Below are positions 37,701 through 44,669 of a stretch of DNA of 64,000 nt, piece by piece. The DNA comes from a virus: IMG/VR virus record IMGVR_UViG_3300045988_076381; one strand, given 5' to 3'. Under the pieces are notes generated by a model. The model ran no database searches. It was given only the letters and a program-made list of their open reading frames with translations, and was not told where the DNA came from. The stretch's first letter is position 1, and each line of letters begins with the position of its first letter. Made by a program: the position numbers and the translations under genes.

Positions 37701-39941
37701 GATATAAATATATACAATATTTAATGCTTAGCTGCTGATTGCCTTTAAGTAGCAGATTAAAGATATTCCAGCAATTCAAGGAATTTAATTTATCATACTG
37801 TTTCCAGTATGCGACCCATGTTTAACATAGACGTTTGTTAAAATTTCCCAGGTCTCTGCGTTTGCGAATCAATTATAGTCGGTTTTCCGTTCTTATCCAC
37901 ATTACTACGTGCCCAAAGATCATGTTTAGCTTTAACTTCCAAGAAATTCTCAATCAAGGTCTTTTCCATTGAAGTCATAGTAAACAATTTCTCACTTCCC
38001 TTAGTTTCTGTATCACTAATTTTCAAGAATACATCTTCATTAGCTAAATAGGCTTGAGATGCATCAATATCATTTCTATGTAAGGTTAAGTAGTTACGAT
38101 GAACCTCCATATTAGACTGATATTTAGTCGTTCCAAAGTCGTGATAATCAAACGGATGAGCATTTGATAAGAAGTGAGTAGTCATACCAGGTTGACACGC
38201 AGAAGTATCAAGATACGACATATAATCAGTATCGATTAATCGAACAGTGTATTCATAATATTTATTACTTCTCCAAATTGGACGAGCAGTAACATAACAC
38301 TGTTGATGTGATTTATCTATCACGAAAATATCATGTTTATCGTAGTATTTTTCTTTAAACAACATCCGAATTTCAGTTCCTCCAACACCATCGCCTTCTG
38401 GAACAGCAACAAACGGAATACGTTTAATGAACCTATTCTATTTAAAGAACTTAGACTATATCATTTACTTATTAGTATGATATTTAAAGATATAATCTTT
38501 ATAATATCTATCCCCCATCTGGATATTCTTTAATTTATTTGATGGGATATTGTATTTTTCTCTTACTTCTTTTATAGTATTTAAAGTCTCTATATAATTC
38601 CCAAATTTATCATACACATCAATTATCATTCCATTAGAATAACATTTTTGTGGAACTTTAGATACTTCTGTAGTAGATATGTAATAATCCTTATACCATC
38701 CCTCGTTATAAGATAATATATTCTGAATTTTAGCCCATGAATGAAGATTTATAACCTTCATTACTTCTTTCCCTTTAAATCTTCCTATATAATTTCCTTC
38801 TTTATCATATACATAATAAATAAGATTCTTACAACTTATCCTAGCCTTCGGAATAAATTCATCTACTAACTTCTTAGATATATAATATTGATTCTGTACT
38901 AGAGACTGATTTTTAATAGCTTTACTTATATCTAATATTCCTATATATTCAGCACATTCCTTTTCTGATTGAAACTCATTTAAGAGCTTCCCTTTTTTAG
39001 AATATAAATATACAGAAATAGGTGGATTAGATTTCTTACAATATTTAATAACATCTATCTCTGGTTCTAATGCCCAATAAGAATTAAGAAATTCACATTT
39101 CTTATCTATAGCATATTGAAATTTTTTAGGAGATTGTCCGTAAAAATCAAATACTTCTAAAGAATATTCCCATTTCTTTTGTAACTCTCCAGATGTATTA
39201 AATTGATAAATTGTTTTATATAAATCTGTATTTAAATAATTATAAGTATGATCCGCTTTTAAATACTCAGTATTTATTAACTCAGATTCTTTATTATACG
39301 CCTCTTCTAGAGTATCATAAATATATAAAGTAGTTCTCTCAAATGCTTTTGTTCCATACTTTTTAACAGCATATTGAAATGGAGTTTTTGGGTACATATA
39401 AGTACTTGGTTGATCTATATAAACTCCACACCCTAAATATCCATCAAAAGTATTAGGATCATTTGTCTGATGCACTCCAATATAAATTTTATTTAACTCT
39501 CCAACTTTAGATTTTAAATTTTTAGTAAGATATACAATATATTTCATAAGTAATTCAGTTTTTTAATCTTATTTAAATAATAAGATTTACAGGTTTCCCC
39601 TAGTCGTTGAACACTGTCTTCATCAAGACCATGCTGCTGATTATCTCTAGTAGCAGTAGAGAGTTCCCAGCAATTTAAAGAATTTATTGTGAACCTCATT
39701 GATTCACATCCACGTCCCATTCGATAGCAAAAGCATCAATACTCTTACGTCCGGGCTTAGGAATATCTTGATAAACCATATTTTCAATTCTCTCAGTTAA
39801 AGCTGATACAGTATGTCCGGGACATAAAGATGCAGCTAAACCTACTCTATGAGTAATTCGTCCCAAGAATTGGGAGAAGTCATGAAAAGTTCTTGAGCCA
39901 TTCATATTGGCTCGATTTGAAATGTATTCTGCTACAAACAT
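34683..39941 (-). CDS. major capsid protein gene, interrupted: 7 exons, 6 group I introns; spliced product about 485 aa
   Basis: Three listed ORFs (39696..39941, 37838..38365, 36808..37308) read as consecutive pieces of one HK97-type capsid protein. The gene follows a scaffold-like gene and precedes a terminator. The exon lengths 240+582+15+482+55+19+65 sum to 1458 nt, which is in frame throughout. The intervening DNA carries group I core elements and stops in all frames. Confidence 0.8.
34748..35087 (-). mobile_element. group I intron 6 of MCP (about 340 nt, ORF-less)
   Basis: The minus strand carries P TCTAATTGCTGGAAAC, Q AATCAGCAGC, R GTTCAACGACTAT (34938-34950) and S AAGATATAGTCTAA (34817-34830). 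The P1 helix GGGGTT(T)/(T)AGACCCC places a U.G pair at the 5' splice site. Confidence 0.75.
35088..35106 (-). CDS. MCP exon 6, 19-nt micro-exon (KMIYWG + 1 nt)
   Basis: The exon is AAAATGATTTACTGGGGTT. Its first 9 nt are complementary to AATCATTTT beside the guide sequence of intron 5 (P10). Its last 6-7 nt form P1 of intron 6. Confidence 0.65.
35107..35411 (-). mobile_element. group I intron 5 of MCP (305 nt, ORF-less)
   Basis: It carries P CTAAATTGCGGGAAC, Q AATCCGCAGC, R GTTCAACGACTAG (35236-35247) and S AATATAGTCTG (35158-35169). The P1 helix AGGATCT/GGATCCT ends in a U.G pair. Confidence 0.75.
35412..35466 (-). CDS. MCP exon 5 (55 nt; (V)GGIDGISGGTASTPVAGS)
   Basis: This is a GC-rich island between two introns. 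The 3' splice site after CCTTTG is supported by P10 pairing of AGGCGG with CCGCTT beside the intron 4 guide. This is the only frame that joins exon 4 (ending GT) to exon 6. Confidence 0.65.
35467..36835 (-). mobile_element. group I intron 4 of MCP (1369 nt) carrying a GIY-YIG homing endonuclease gene
   Basis: It carries P CTAATTGCTGGAAAG, Q AATCAGCAGC and R GTTCAACGACTAG (36678-36689). The HEG lies between R and S, and S is GATATAGTCTAA (35498-35510). The P1 helix GGCGT/GCGCC ends in a U.G pair. Confidence 0.8.
35527..36606 (-). CDS. GIY-YIG homing endonuclease (359 aa), intron-encoded
   Basis: The N-terminus reads IVYLTINNKNRKIYIGIHE...GYLGNG...FLVNENF...YNITLGG, which fits GIY-YIG. Four nuclease-associated repeat modules follow (IYQYSL.GNYLRSF.S..EA etc.). 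Confidence 0.8.
   Translation of the reverse strand: MKTIVYLTINNKNRKIYIGIHETENPDKFDGYLGNGVNIYKPSSILHPKTPFQSAVKKYGFDAFSRVTLFICNTREEAENIERFLVNENFIGRSDTYNITLGGDTPPLLNKIIYQYSLSGNYLRSFNSIKEASDHIHIHEAAIGRAVLNGSMSGEFYWSDIKVDKLDLSNKPILQKKSTYLYTSKGVFFMEFKSMSDTARYLDVNLSSIQKAVKLGTKISKYYISDRKFDVYPIKSQERKRSNDPIYQYDLEGNFLRSFKNSKEAKEFCNLKQNRLSNAINLNQSYGGYFWSWEKVDKLEIPKNFNPCKKRKVGRYDFEGNLLETFDTVRECRKQYANVSKVLKGTASHCKGFVFKYIE
36836..37317 (-). CDS. MCP exon 4 (482 nt; LTQMIIPQIERY...KTDVIG + GT)
   Basis: This is the body of listed ORF 36808..37308, extended 3 codons upstream to the 3' splice site after the P9 hairpin CTTTATGGTAACATAAAG. The listed ORF tail NRSACAAA is intron read-through. Confidence 0.7.
37318..37534 (-). 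mobile_element. group I intron 3 of MCP (217 nt, ORF-less)
   Basis: It carries P CTAATTGCTGGAAC, Q AATCAGCAGC, R GTTCAACGACTAT (37417-37428) and S AAGATATAGTCTG (37338-37350). The P1 helix CGGT/GCCG is short (4 bp) and has a U.G pair. Confidence 0.7.
37535..37549 (-). CDS. MCP exon 3, micro-exon (best model 15 nt, YIGDG; an 8-nt alternative exists)
   Basis: A segment of about 100 nt between S of intron 2 and P of intron 3 contains GC-rich GGCGACGGT. The 15-nt model keeps the frame from exon 2 (ends CCT) to exon 4 (starts CTA). Its 5' boundary is uncertain. Confidence 0.4.
37550..37849 (-). mobile_element. group I intron 2 of MCP (about 300 nt, ORF-less)
   Basis: It carries P GAATTGCTGGAAT, Q AATCAGCAGC, R GTTCAACGACTAG (37676-37687) and S GATATAGTCTAA (37581-37592). 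The P1 helix GACCT/GGGTC ends in a U.G pair. The P2 hairpin is CATACTG-GAAA-CAGTATG. Confidence 0.75.
37850..38431 (-). CDS. MCP exon 2 (582 nt; FIKRIPFVAVPEGDGVGGTEIRMLFKEKYY...SQTQRP)
   Basis: This is listed ORF 37838..38365 extended 22 codons upstream in frame to the 3' splice site AATAGG|TTCATT. The P10 pairing is TCATT/AATGA. Confidence 0.75.
38432..39701 (-). mobile_element. group I intron 1 of MCP (1270 nt) carrying a GIY-YIG homing endonuclease gene
   Basis: The P1 helix GTGAAT/GTTCAC has a U.G pair. It carries P AAATTGCTGGGAAC, Q AATCAGCAGC and R GTTCAACGACTAG (39601-39612). The HEG follows, then S GATATAGTCTAA (38451-38463). Confidence 0.8.
38465..39547 (-). CDS. GIY-YIG homing endonuclease (360 aa), intron-encoded; paralog of 35527..36606
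   Basis: It reads MKYIVYLTKN...KIYIGVHQTNDPNTFDGYLGCGVY...PKTPFQYAVKKYG. This is colinear with the other HEG (PKTPFQSAVKKYG). Repeat modules follow downstream. Confidence 0.8.
   Translation of the reverse strand: MKYIVYLTKNLKSKVGELNKIYIGVHQTNDPNTFDGYLGCGVYIDQPSTYMYPKTPFQYAVKKYGTKAFERTTLYIYDTLEEAYNKESELINTEYLKADHTYNYLNTDLYKTIYQFNTSGELQKKWEYSLEVFDFYGQSPKKFQYAIDKKCEFLNSYWALEPEIDVIKYCKKSNPPISVYLYSKKGKLLNEFQSEKECAEYIGILDISKAIKNQSLVQNQYYISKKLVDEFIPKARISCKNLIYYVYDKEGNYIGRFKGKEVMKVINLHSWAKIQNILSYNEGWYKDYYISTTEVSKVPQKCYSNGMIIDVYDKFGNYIETLNTIKEVREKYNIPSNKLKNIQMGDRYYKDYIFKYHTNK
39702..39941 (-). CDS. MCP exon 1 (240 nt; MFVAEYISNRANMNG...AFAIEWDVDVN)
   Basis: This is listed ORF 39696..39941 minus its last codon. 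The 5' splice site follows GTGAAT. Confidence 0.75.
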
Positions 39942-39959
39942 TTTAAATTAAATTTAGAT

Positions 39960-41027
39960 CTAATCCTTTAGGTTAAGAAAACTTTTTAAATCTGAATTTT
40001 CTATTTTATTACCTTTACCTGTTGATAGATTAGATGTGTTATTACTACGTTTTTTATTTTTAAGTTTACTTAATTTCTCTAGTCTATTCTTTAGGTACTC
40101 TTCATCGTTAAGTACATTATTATAATGTTCATGAATAGCTTCAATTAGTTCGTCTCCATGAGTAGCATAAAATGCTAATTTAAATAATGTATCTGGATTA
40201 TCTAAATCACTTGCAAGTTTTGTCCTTCCCGTAATCTGGGGTTTAGTTATATAATCCATTGTACTATCTATATCTGATTCTTCAAGGTCAAAACCTCCAA
40301 TAGTCTTAATATTTTTTCCAGCCTCTCTAAGAGTACCTATTATCTTATTTAATTCTTCCTCAGATAACTGAGAGTCTTGTTCTTCTTTCTGTTTAGCTTC
40401 GGCAGATAATCTTTCTTCTTCTGCTTTATATATCTCACGTAATTTATTAACCTTTTTCTCAAAAGATTCAGAATTTTCTTTAGCTTTATTTACTTCATCA
40501 ACTAATTCATCTTCTGTTAAAATATCTCCGTAATTATTTTTTATATATAAAGCATATATATCCTCATCTGATAATTCATCTACCTTATAAACAGCTCCTT
40601 CATTTGCTAAATATTCCTCAATTCCTTTCTGTTTGTAATAATTTACTAAAGATTCGGAGTTAAGGTTATTTTCACGCATAAATGTAAGAAGATTTATCTC
40701 ATCATCGTCTAGGTTATAATCATCTTCTTCTAAATTAAGAAGTTCTATTTGTTCTTCTCTGCTTAACTCAGTAAATGGGACACTGTGAATTACTCCGGTT
40801 TCAGTATCCTCTATTTTTATATTATTAAAATCTATTCCTCTAGATTTAAGAACAGACTCTAATAAAGATTGTTCGTCTATAACAGGAGAAGTATTCTCCT
40901 CTGTATTAACTTCCTCTTGGGAAGTATCTTTTTTACCATCCACATTCTCCTCAGATGATTTTTGAGGAGTAGATTCTTCGTCTAATGAGTTGAAGATATC
41001 TAAATCATTTTCATATTCCATATACAA
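39960..41027 (-). CDS. scaffolding-like protein (355 aa, acidic, coiled-coil)
   Basis: The protein is highly Glu/Asp/Lys-rich with predicted coiled coil. It lies immediately upstream of the MCP gene. Confidence 0.5.
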   Translation of the reverse strand: MYMEYENDLDIFNSLDEESTPQKSSEENVDGKKDTSQEEVNTEENTSPVIDEQSLLESVLKSRGIDFNNIKIEDTETGVIHSVPFTELSREEQIELLNLEEDDYNLDDDEINLLTFMRENNLNSESLVNYYKQKGIEEYLANEGAVYKVDELSDEDIYALYIKNNYGDILTEDELVDEVNKAKENSESFEKKVNKLREIYKAEEERLSAEAKQKEEQDSQLSEEELNKIIGTLREAGKNIKTIGGFDLEESDIDSTMDYITKPQITGRTKLASDLDNPDTLFKLAFYATHGDELIEAIHEHYNNVLNDEEYLKNRLEKLSKLKNKKRSNNTSNLSTGKGNKIENSDLKSFLNLKD

Positions 41028-41033
41028 TATTTA

Positions 41034-41324
41034 TTACAGAAGTTCTATATATTCCCCAAACTCTGCTAAAGACTTCTTTCTAATATTAAAAGGAGTAGAG
41101 GAAATAGTTTCTTTAAGAGAATTTTTATATTTATCATCCAATTCAAATGATTCCGATTCTACATTCTCTTCTAAAATTTTCATAATCTCTAAATCTCTTT
41201 TAATTGTAGATAAAGTTAAAGCTTTTTGGCTCGGAACTTCATAACAAAATAACATTAAACTTACATAATTAGCCGGACGCTGTGCATCCACTTTAATGTC
41301 AATAGGCTTATTTTCAATAATCAT
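41034..41324 (-). CDS. hypothetical protein (96 aa)
   Basis: ORF. Confidence 0.4.
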   Translation of the reverse strand: MIIENKPIDIKVDAQRPANYVSLMLFCYEVPSQKALTLSTIKRDLEIMKILEENVESESFELDDKYKNSLKETISSTPFNIRKKSLAEFGEYIELL

Positions 41325-41399
41325 AGTTCATTAATTTTTAGTTATTCATCCACAAAAGTAGATAATATTTGTATGTAATACAATAAATAAATAAAAATT

Positions 41400-42017
41400 T
41401 TATTTTTTAATTTTATACGATTGTATCTTTATCTTATCTTTAAAACAATCAGATGTTGCAGTAATTTTACTAATATAATGATTCCGGAATCCTATTGTAT
41501 TATATCCGAATTCTTTTCTTTTCCTAAAATTATACCAATATATAATATCTCTATAGTCTATTATAGTTATATTTATATCAAAATCTAAAGAATCTATAGT
41601 AAGATATAATTTCTCATTATTAATTTCTAGAGTTTCATGTAATGTAATACAATCAATAGATTTAATTATCGGAATACAAGTATCTTTTATTATTTCAATA
41701 TTATTTAATATAGTATCTCTAATTACTTTAGTTGTGTTTATATTAGCTTTAATTACATTGTCTAATTGTTTAATCTTTAAATCTTTTTTCTCTAATTCCG
41801 ATTTAAGTAAAGAATCCTTTGATAAAATTATTCTTTTAAATTGTTTCTCTGTTACGATATGTACTTGTTGAAGAGAATCTATTGTACATAATTCTGAGGT
41901 ATGAATATCTTTTAAATCTCTAATTTCTCTAGATTGTTTATCTACTAGTTTTATTAAATATATTAAGGATATGATAAAGATTCCTAATGTAATATATTTA
42001 ATTAGTATTGTTTTCAT
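41400..42017 (-). CDS. membrane-anchored coiled-coil protein (205 aa), spanin-like
   Basis: It has an N-terminal TM helix (ILIKYITLGIFIISLIYLIKLV) followed by a helical region. It overlaps the holin-like ORF by 20 nt. Confidence 0.35.
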   Translation of the reverse strand: MKTILIKYITLGIFIISLIYLIKLVDKQSREIRDLKDIHTSELCTIDSLQQVHIVTEKQFKRIILSKDSLLKSELEKKDLKIKQLDNVIKANINTTKVIRDTILNNIEIIKDTCIPIIKSIDCITLHETLEINNEKLYLTIDSLDFDINITIIDYRDIIYWYNFRKRKEFGYNTIGFRNHYISKITATSDCFKDKIKIQSYKIKK

Positions 42018-42252
42018 TATTATTAGATTTATTTATATTCTTTCTCCATATAGATGTAATAGTGTCAGCCCCTAATAGAGTAGTACTACATATGAAGAGC
42101 ATATCTACTATTTCTGGGGATTCTATTACTTTTATTGTGCACCATATACATATAAATAAACAAACTATCCACCCAAAAAATCCACATACTCTCTTAGAAC
42201 TTAATCCTGAATGAGCTGTGAACATCTTAATAAAGAAATTATTACAGTTCAT
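41998..42252 (-). CDS. holin-like small membrane protein (84 aa, two TM segments, polar C-tail)
   Basis: The two hydrophobic segments are VCGFFGWIVCLFICIWCTI and VDMLFICSTTLLGADTITSIW. The C-terminus is charged and Asn-rich. Confidence 0.4.
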   Translation of the reverse strand: MNCNNFFIKMFTAHSGLSSKRVCGFFGWIVCLFICIWCTIKVIESPEIVDMLFICSTTLLGADTITSIWRKNINKSNNNENNTN

Positions 42253-42280
42253 TTTAGAATCTGATTATAATATTATATAC

Positions 42281-42655
42281 TTATTCACCTTTAAAACCAG
42301 GAAAATATTTTTTATAATTTTCTGTAAACCATTTAGCGAGATCTTTTTTCATTTTGATTTCTTCTCCAGTTTTCATGCTTTCTTGTATAGCCGCGTCTAA
42401 TGAATATGGAGGTCTTGTATAATCAATTAATTTTCCTGTTTTCTTATCTTTTTGTACAGATGGATAAACATATCCATGAATACCATCATCACTCCATCCC
42501 ATTTTATGTGTTGCAATTGATAAAGGATCCACCCAGTCTTGAATAAATTCTCTATTTGGATCCTTTAATCTATTGATAAAATCAATATTTTTTATATTTT
42601 TAATTGCAGTTATTAATTTAGATGTGTCTGTAATATGTGATAAATCAACTGGCAT
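42281..42655 (-). CDS. hypothetical protein (124 aa)
   Basis: ORF. Confidence 0.4.
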   Translation of the reverse strand: MPVDLSHITDTSKLITAIKNIKNIDFINRLKDPNREFIQDWVDPLSIATHKMGWSDDGIHGYVYPSVQKDKKTGKLIDYTRPPYSLDAAIQESMKTGEEIKMKKDLAKWFTENYKKYFPGFKGE

Positions 42656-42812
42656 TTTGTTTAATATTTAAATTTGTAGTATATTTAATTTAGACAGTAT
42701 AAGAGTTAATAATTCATTATTCTCTTTTACATAATCTAATATACATAATATTTGTTGGGATTGGGGACATTTATCACATCCTTTACATTCCCTTAAAGAA
42801 TCTTCCATATTA

Positions 42813-43586
42813 TTAAGCGTCTATTGTTAAATATTCTATAATCATTCTGGGATTATTGTAATCTATATTACCTTCTTGTATACCTCCGATTTGTAGTCCA
42901 ATAGAATCTAATGGGATAGCATTAACATTTCCAAAATCCCATAAAAGTGCTCTTATACTATTTGATTCATTGATATGATATAACTTATTATTTATATATT
43001 CTATTGCGAAAATATTAGCTTTTCCCATATCTCCTCCATATATTATAGGATGATTAATTGGATCAGCATTTCCATTAACGTCTTGTACTACTATTTTAAT
43101 TGTTGGGTTAGTAGTATCTGTACTTCTTAATATACTTAAATACTTTCTATCATTAGTATCTGATACTAAAAGAGTTAATAAACAATTATAAGAATTTTCA
43201 GAACTTCCAATAGCAGTAATAGTATATCTAAAAGAAACTCTCCAATTATTTTTTCGATTCTCGAATAGATTAGCTATTAATATAGATGAATAATCTTTCA
43301 TAAACATGGCTCCAGTGCTACTATGCGAAATTGCTCCTACTTTTCGAATAACTGAAGTAACAGAAGATGTAGTTGTATTAGATGCTCCATTATATAAAAA
43401 GATCCGAGATAATATTTTAATTATATCATCATCTGCTGGAAAATCATATAAACTATAACTACTAAGTGGAGTAGGATCGGCTCCAGAGAGAATAGCTCCA
43501 TCTTTATGTATAAAATTCATATTTGTACTACTAGGAGATCCTAATCTATTAGCAGCATCTTTAAAAGTTAAAAAATCCTTACTCAT
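42813..43586 (-). CDS. hypothetical receptor-binding-cluster protein (257 aa)
   Basis: Beta-rich ORF adjacent to the MAEF paralog array. Confidence 0.45.
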   Translation of the reverse strand: MSKDFLTFKDAANRLGSPSSTNMNFIHKDGAILSGADPTPLSSYSLYDFPADDDIIKILSRIFLYNGASNTTTSSVTSVIRKVGAISHSSTGAMFMKDYSSILIANLFENRKNNWRVSFRYTITAIGSSENSYNCLLTLLVSDTNDRKYLSILRSTDTTNPTIKIVVQDVNGNADPINHPIIYGGDMGKANIFAIEYINNKLYHINESNSIRALLWDFGNVNAIPLDSIGLQIGGIQEGNIDYNNPRMIIEYLTIDA

Positions 43587-43590
43587 ATTT

Positions 43591-43905
43591 CTAAGTTTTA
43601 GTTCCGAATACTATCCAATCTATAGTTTTTGGATCTTTTCCTCCACTATACAATTCTATATATGTCTTTGTTACACCCATAACATTACAAGAATATCCAG
43701 CTTCATTATTTCCCCGAAATGAACATACAGCAGTTCTTGGTATATAATCTCCTTGTAACGATACTCTAGTTTCAGTATGTCCCTCACATAAAGTACTTCC
43801 TATCTCAAATACCAAAGGACCTAATGTCATGACTACATGACCTGGTCTAATTATATCATGTGTAGTCTCTAATATATTATCTAATTCCGTTATAAACTCC
43901 GCCAT
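43591..43905 (-). CDS. MAEF-family small protein, paralog 1 (104 aa); fibre-tip/adaptor-like
   Basis: It shows MAEFITE.., GNNEAGY, GGKDPK and WIVFG. These motifs are shared with the three upstream paralogs. Confidence 0.55.
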   Translation of the reverse strand: MAEFITELDNILETTHDIIRPGHVVMTLGPLVFEIGSTLCEGHTETRVSLQGDYIPRTAVCSFRGNNEAGYSCNVMGVTKTYIELYSGGKDPKTIDWIVFGTKT

Positions 43906-43942
43906 AATTGATTATTTACTGATAATCCTATTATTAAAAATG

Positions 43943-44221
43943 TTACAGTTTTATCATCTTTTCCCCCAGAGAAAATGTTACTCCTGTAGTATTTAAACTA
44001 GATATACTTATAGCATATCCTTGTTCATCATTATTTTTTAATGAAGCCATTCCGGTAATTATCCCACTAAATCCTTTTAATGGTACAGAAACAACATCAT
44101 ACCCAGGACAAGTAGTAGTTCCATAAGCGATTCGTAGTCCTTTATAATTTATATATGTAACAGGATCTACCATTTCCACGGAATAGTCCTCTAAATTATC
44201 TTCTGTTAAAAATTCAGCCAT
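43943..44221 (-). CDS. MAEF-family paralog 2 (92 aa), C-terminally truncated relative to the family
   Basis: It shows MAEFLTE.. and NNDEQGY. The frame breaks at a G5A4 run (43959-43967). The -1 frame continues as GGKDDKTVTFLIIG, which matches the family C-terminus. Confidence 0.5.
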   Translation of the reverse strand: MAEFLTEDNLEDYSVEMVDPVTYINYKGLRIAYGTTTCPGYDVVSVPLKGFSGIITGMASLKNNDEQGYAISISSLNTTGVTFSLGEKMIKL

Positions 44222-44223
44222 AT

Positions 44224-44517
44224 TTAATCACTTTCTCCTATTATTAAATAATAAAATTCTTTAGGATCTTTCCCTCCGAGTATGAAAATAGCCGAGGTAT
44301 TAGTATAAGAGGATAAATTTACTGTATAACCTGCTTCATTATTATTTTTTAAACAACAGAATACTCCATATACTGATTTAAATCCGGAATAAGTAATTGT
44401 TATACCTCTACTAGTTATAGAAGAATATCCTCCAACCATTCTGAGTCCTAAACCTTCAATCCCTCCAGATCCAGTAGAATCTAAAGCTCTATCGTCTACA
44501 GTTAGATATTCTGCCAT
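44224..44517 (-). CDS. MAEF-family paralog 3 (97 aa)
   Basis: It shows MAEYLTV.., NNNEAGY, GGKDPK and YYLIIG. Confidence 0.55.
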   Translation of the reverse strand: MAEYLTVDDRALDSTGSGGIEGLGLRMVGGYSSITSRGITITYSGFKSVYGVFCCLKNNNEAGYTVNLSSYTNTSAIFILGGKDPKEFYYLIIGESD

Positions 44518-44669
44518 ATTATATTATTTTAGCTCTTTGTTTTAATCGATGTACATCATCTTCTAAAGATTGGATTTTGTCTTTTATTATATTTAATTCT
44601 AAGGAATCTTTTTTAATAAAGATTCTATGTAAAAATGTTTTAATTTTATTTAGTAACATATTAATTTAA

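Noticed and set aside
34627-39700. Inteins or ordinary pseudogenisation as the explanation for the fragmented MCP
   Set aside because: The intervening segments have stops in all frames (apart from the two free-standing HEG ORFs, which have their own starts) and no intein blocks. They do carry canonical group I P/Q/R/S elements with U.G splice-site pairs. The exons join into one clean frame.
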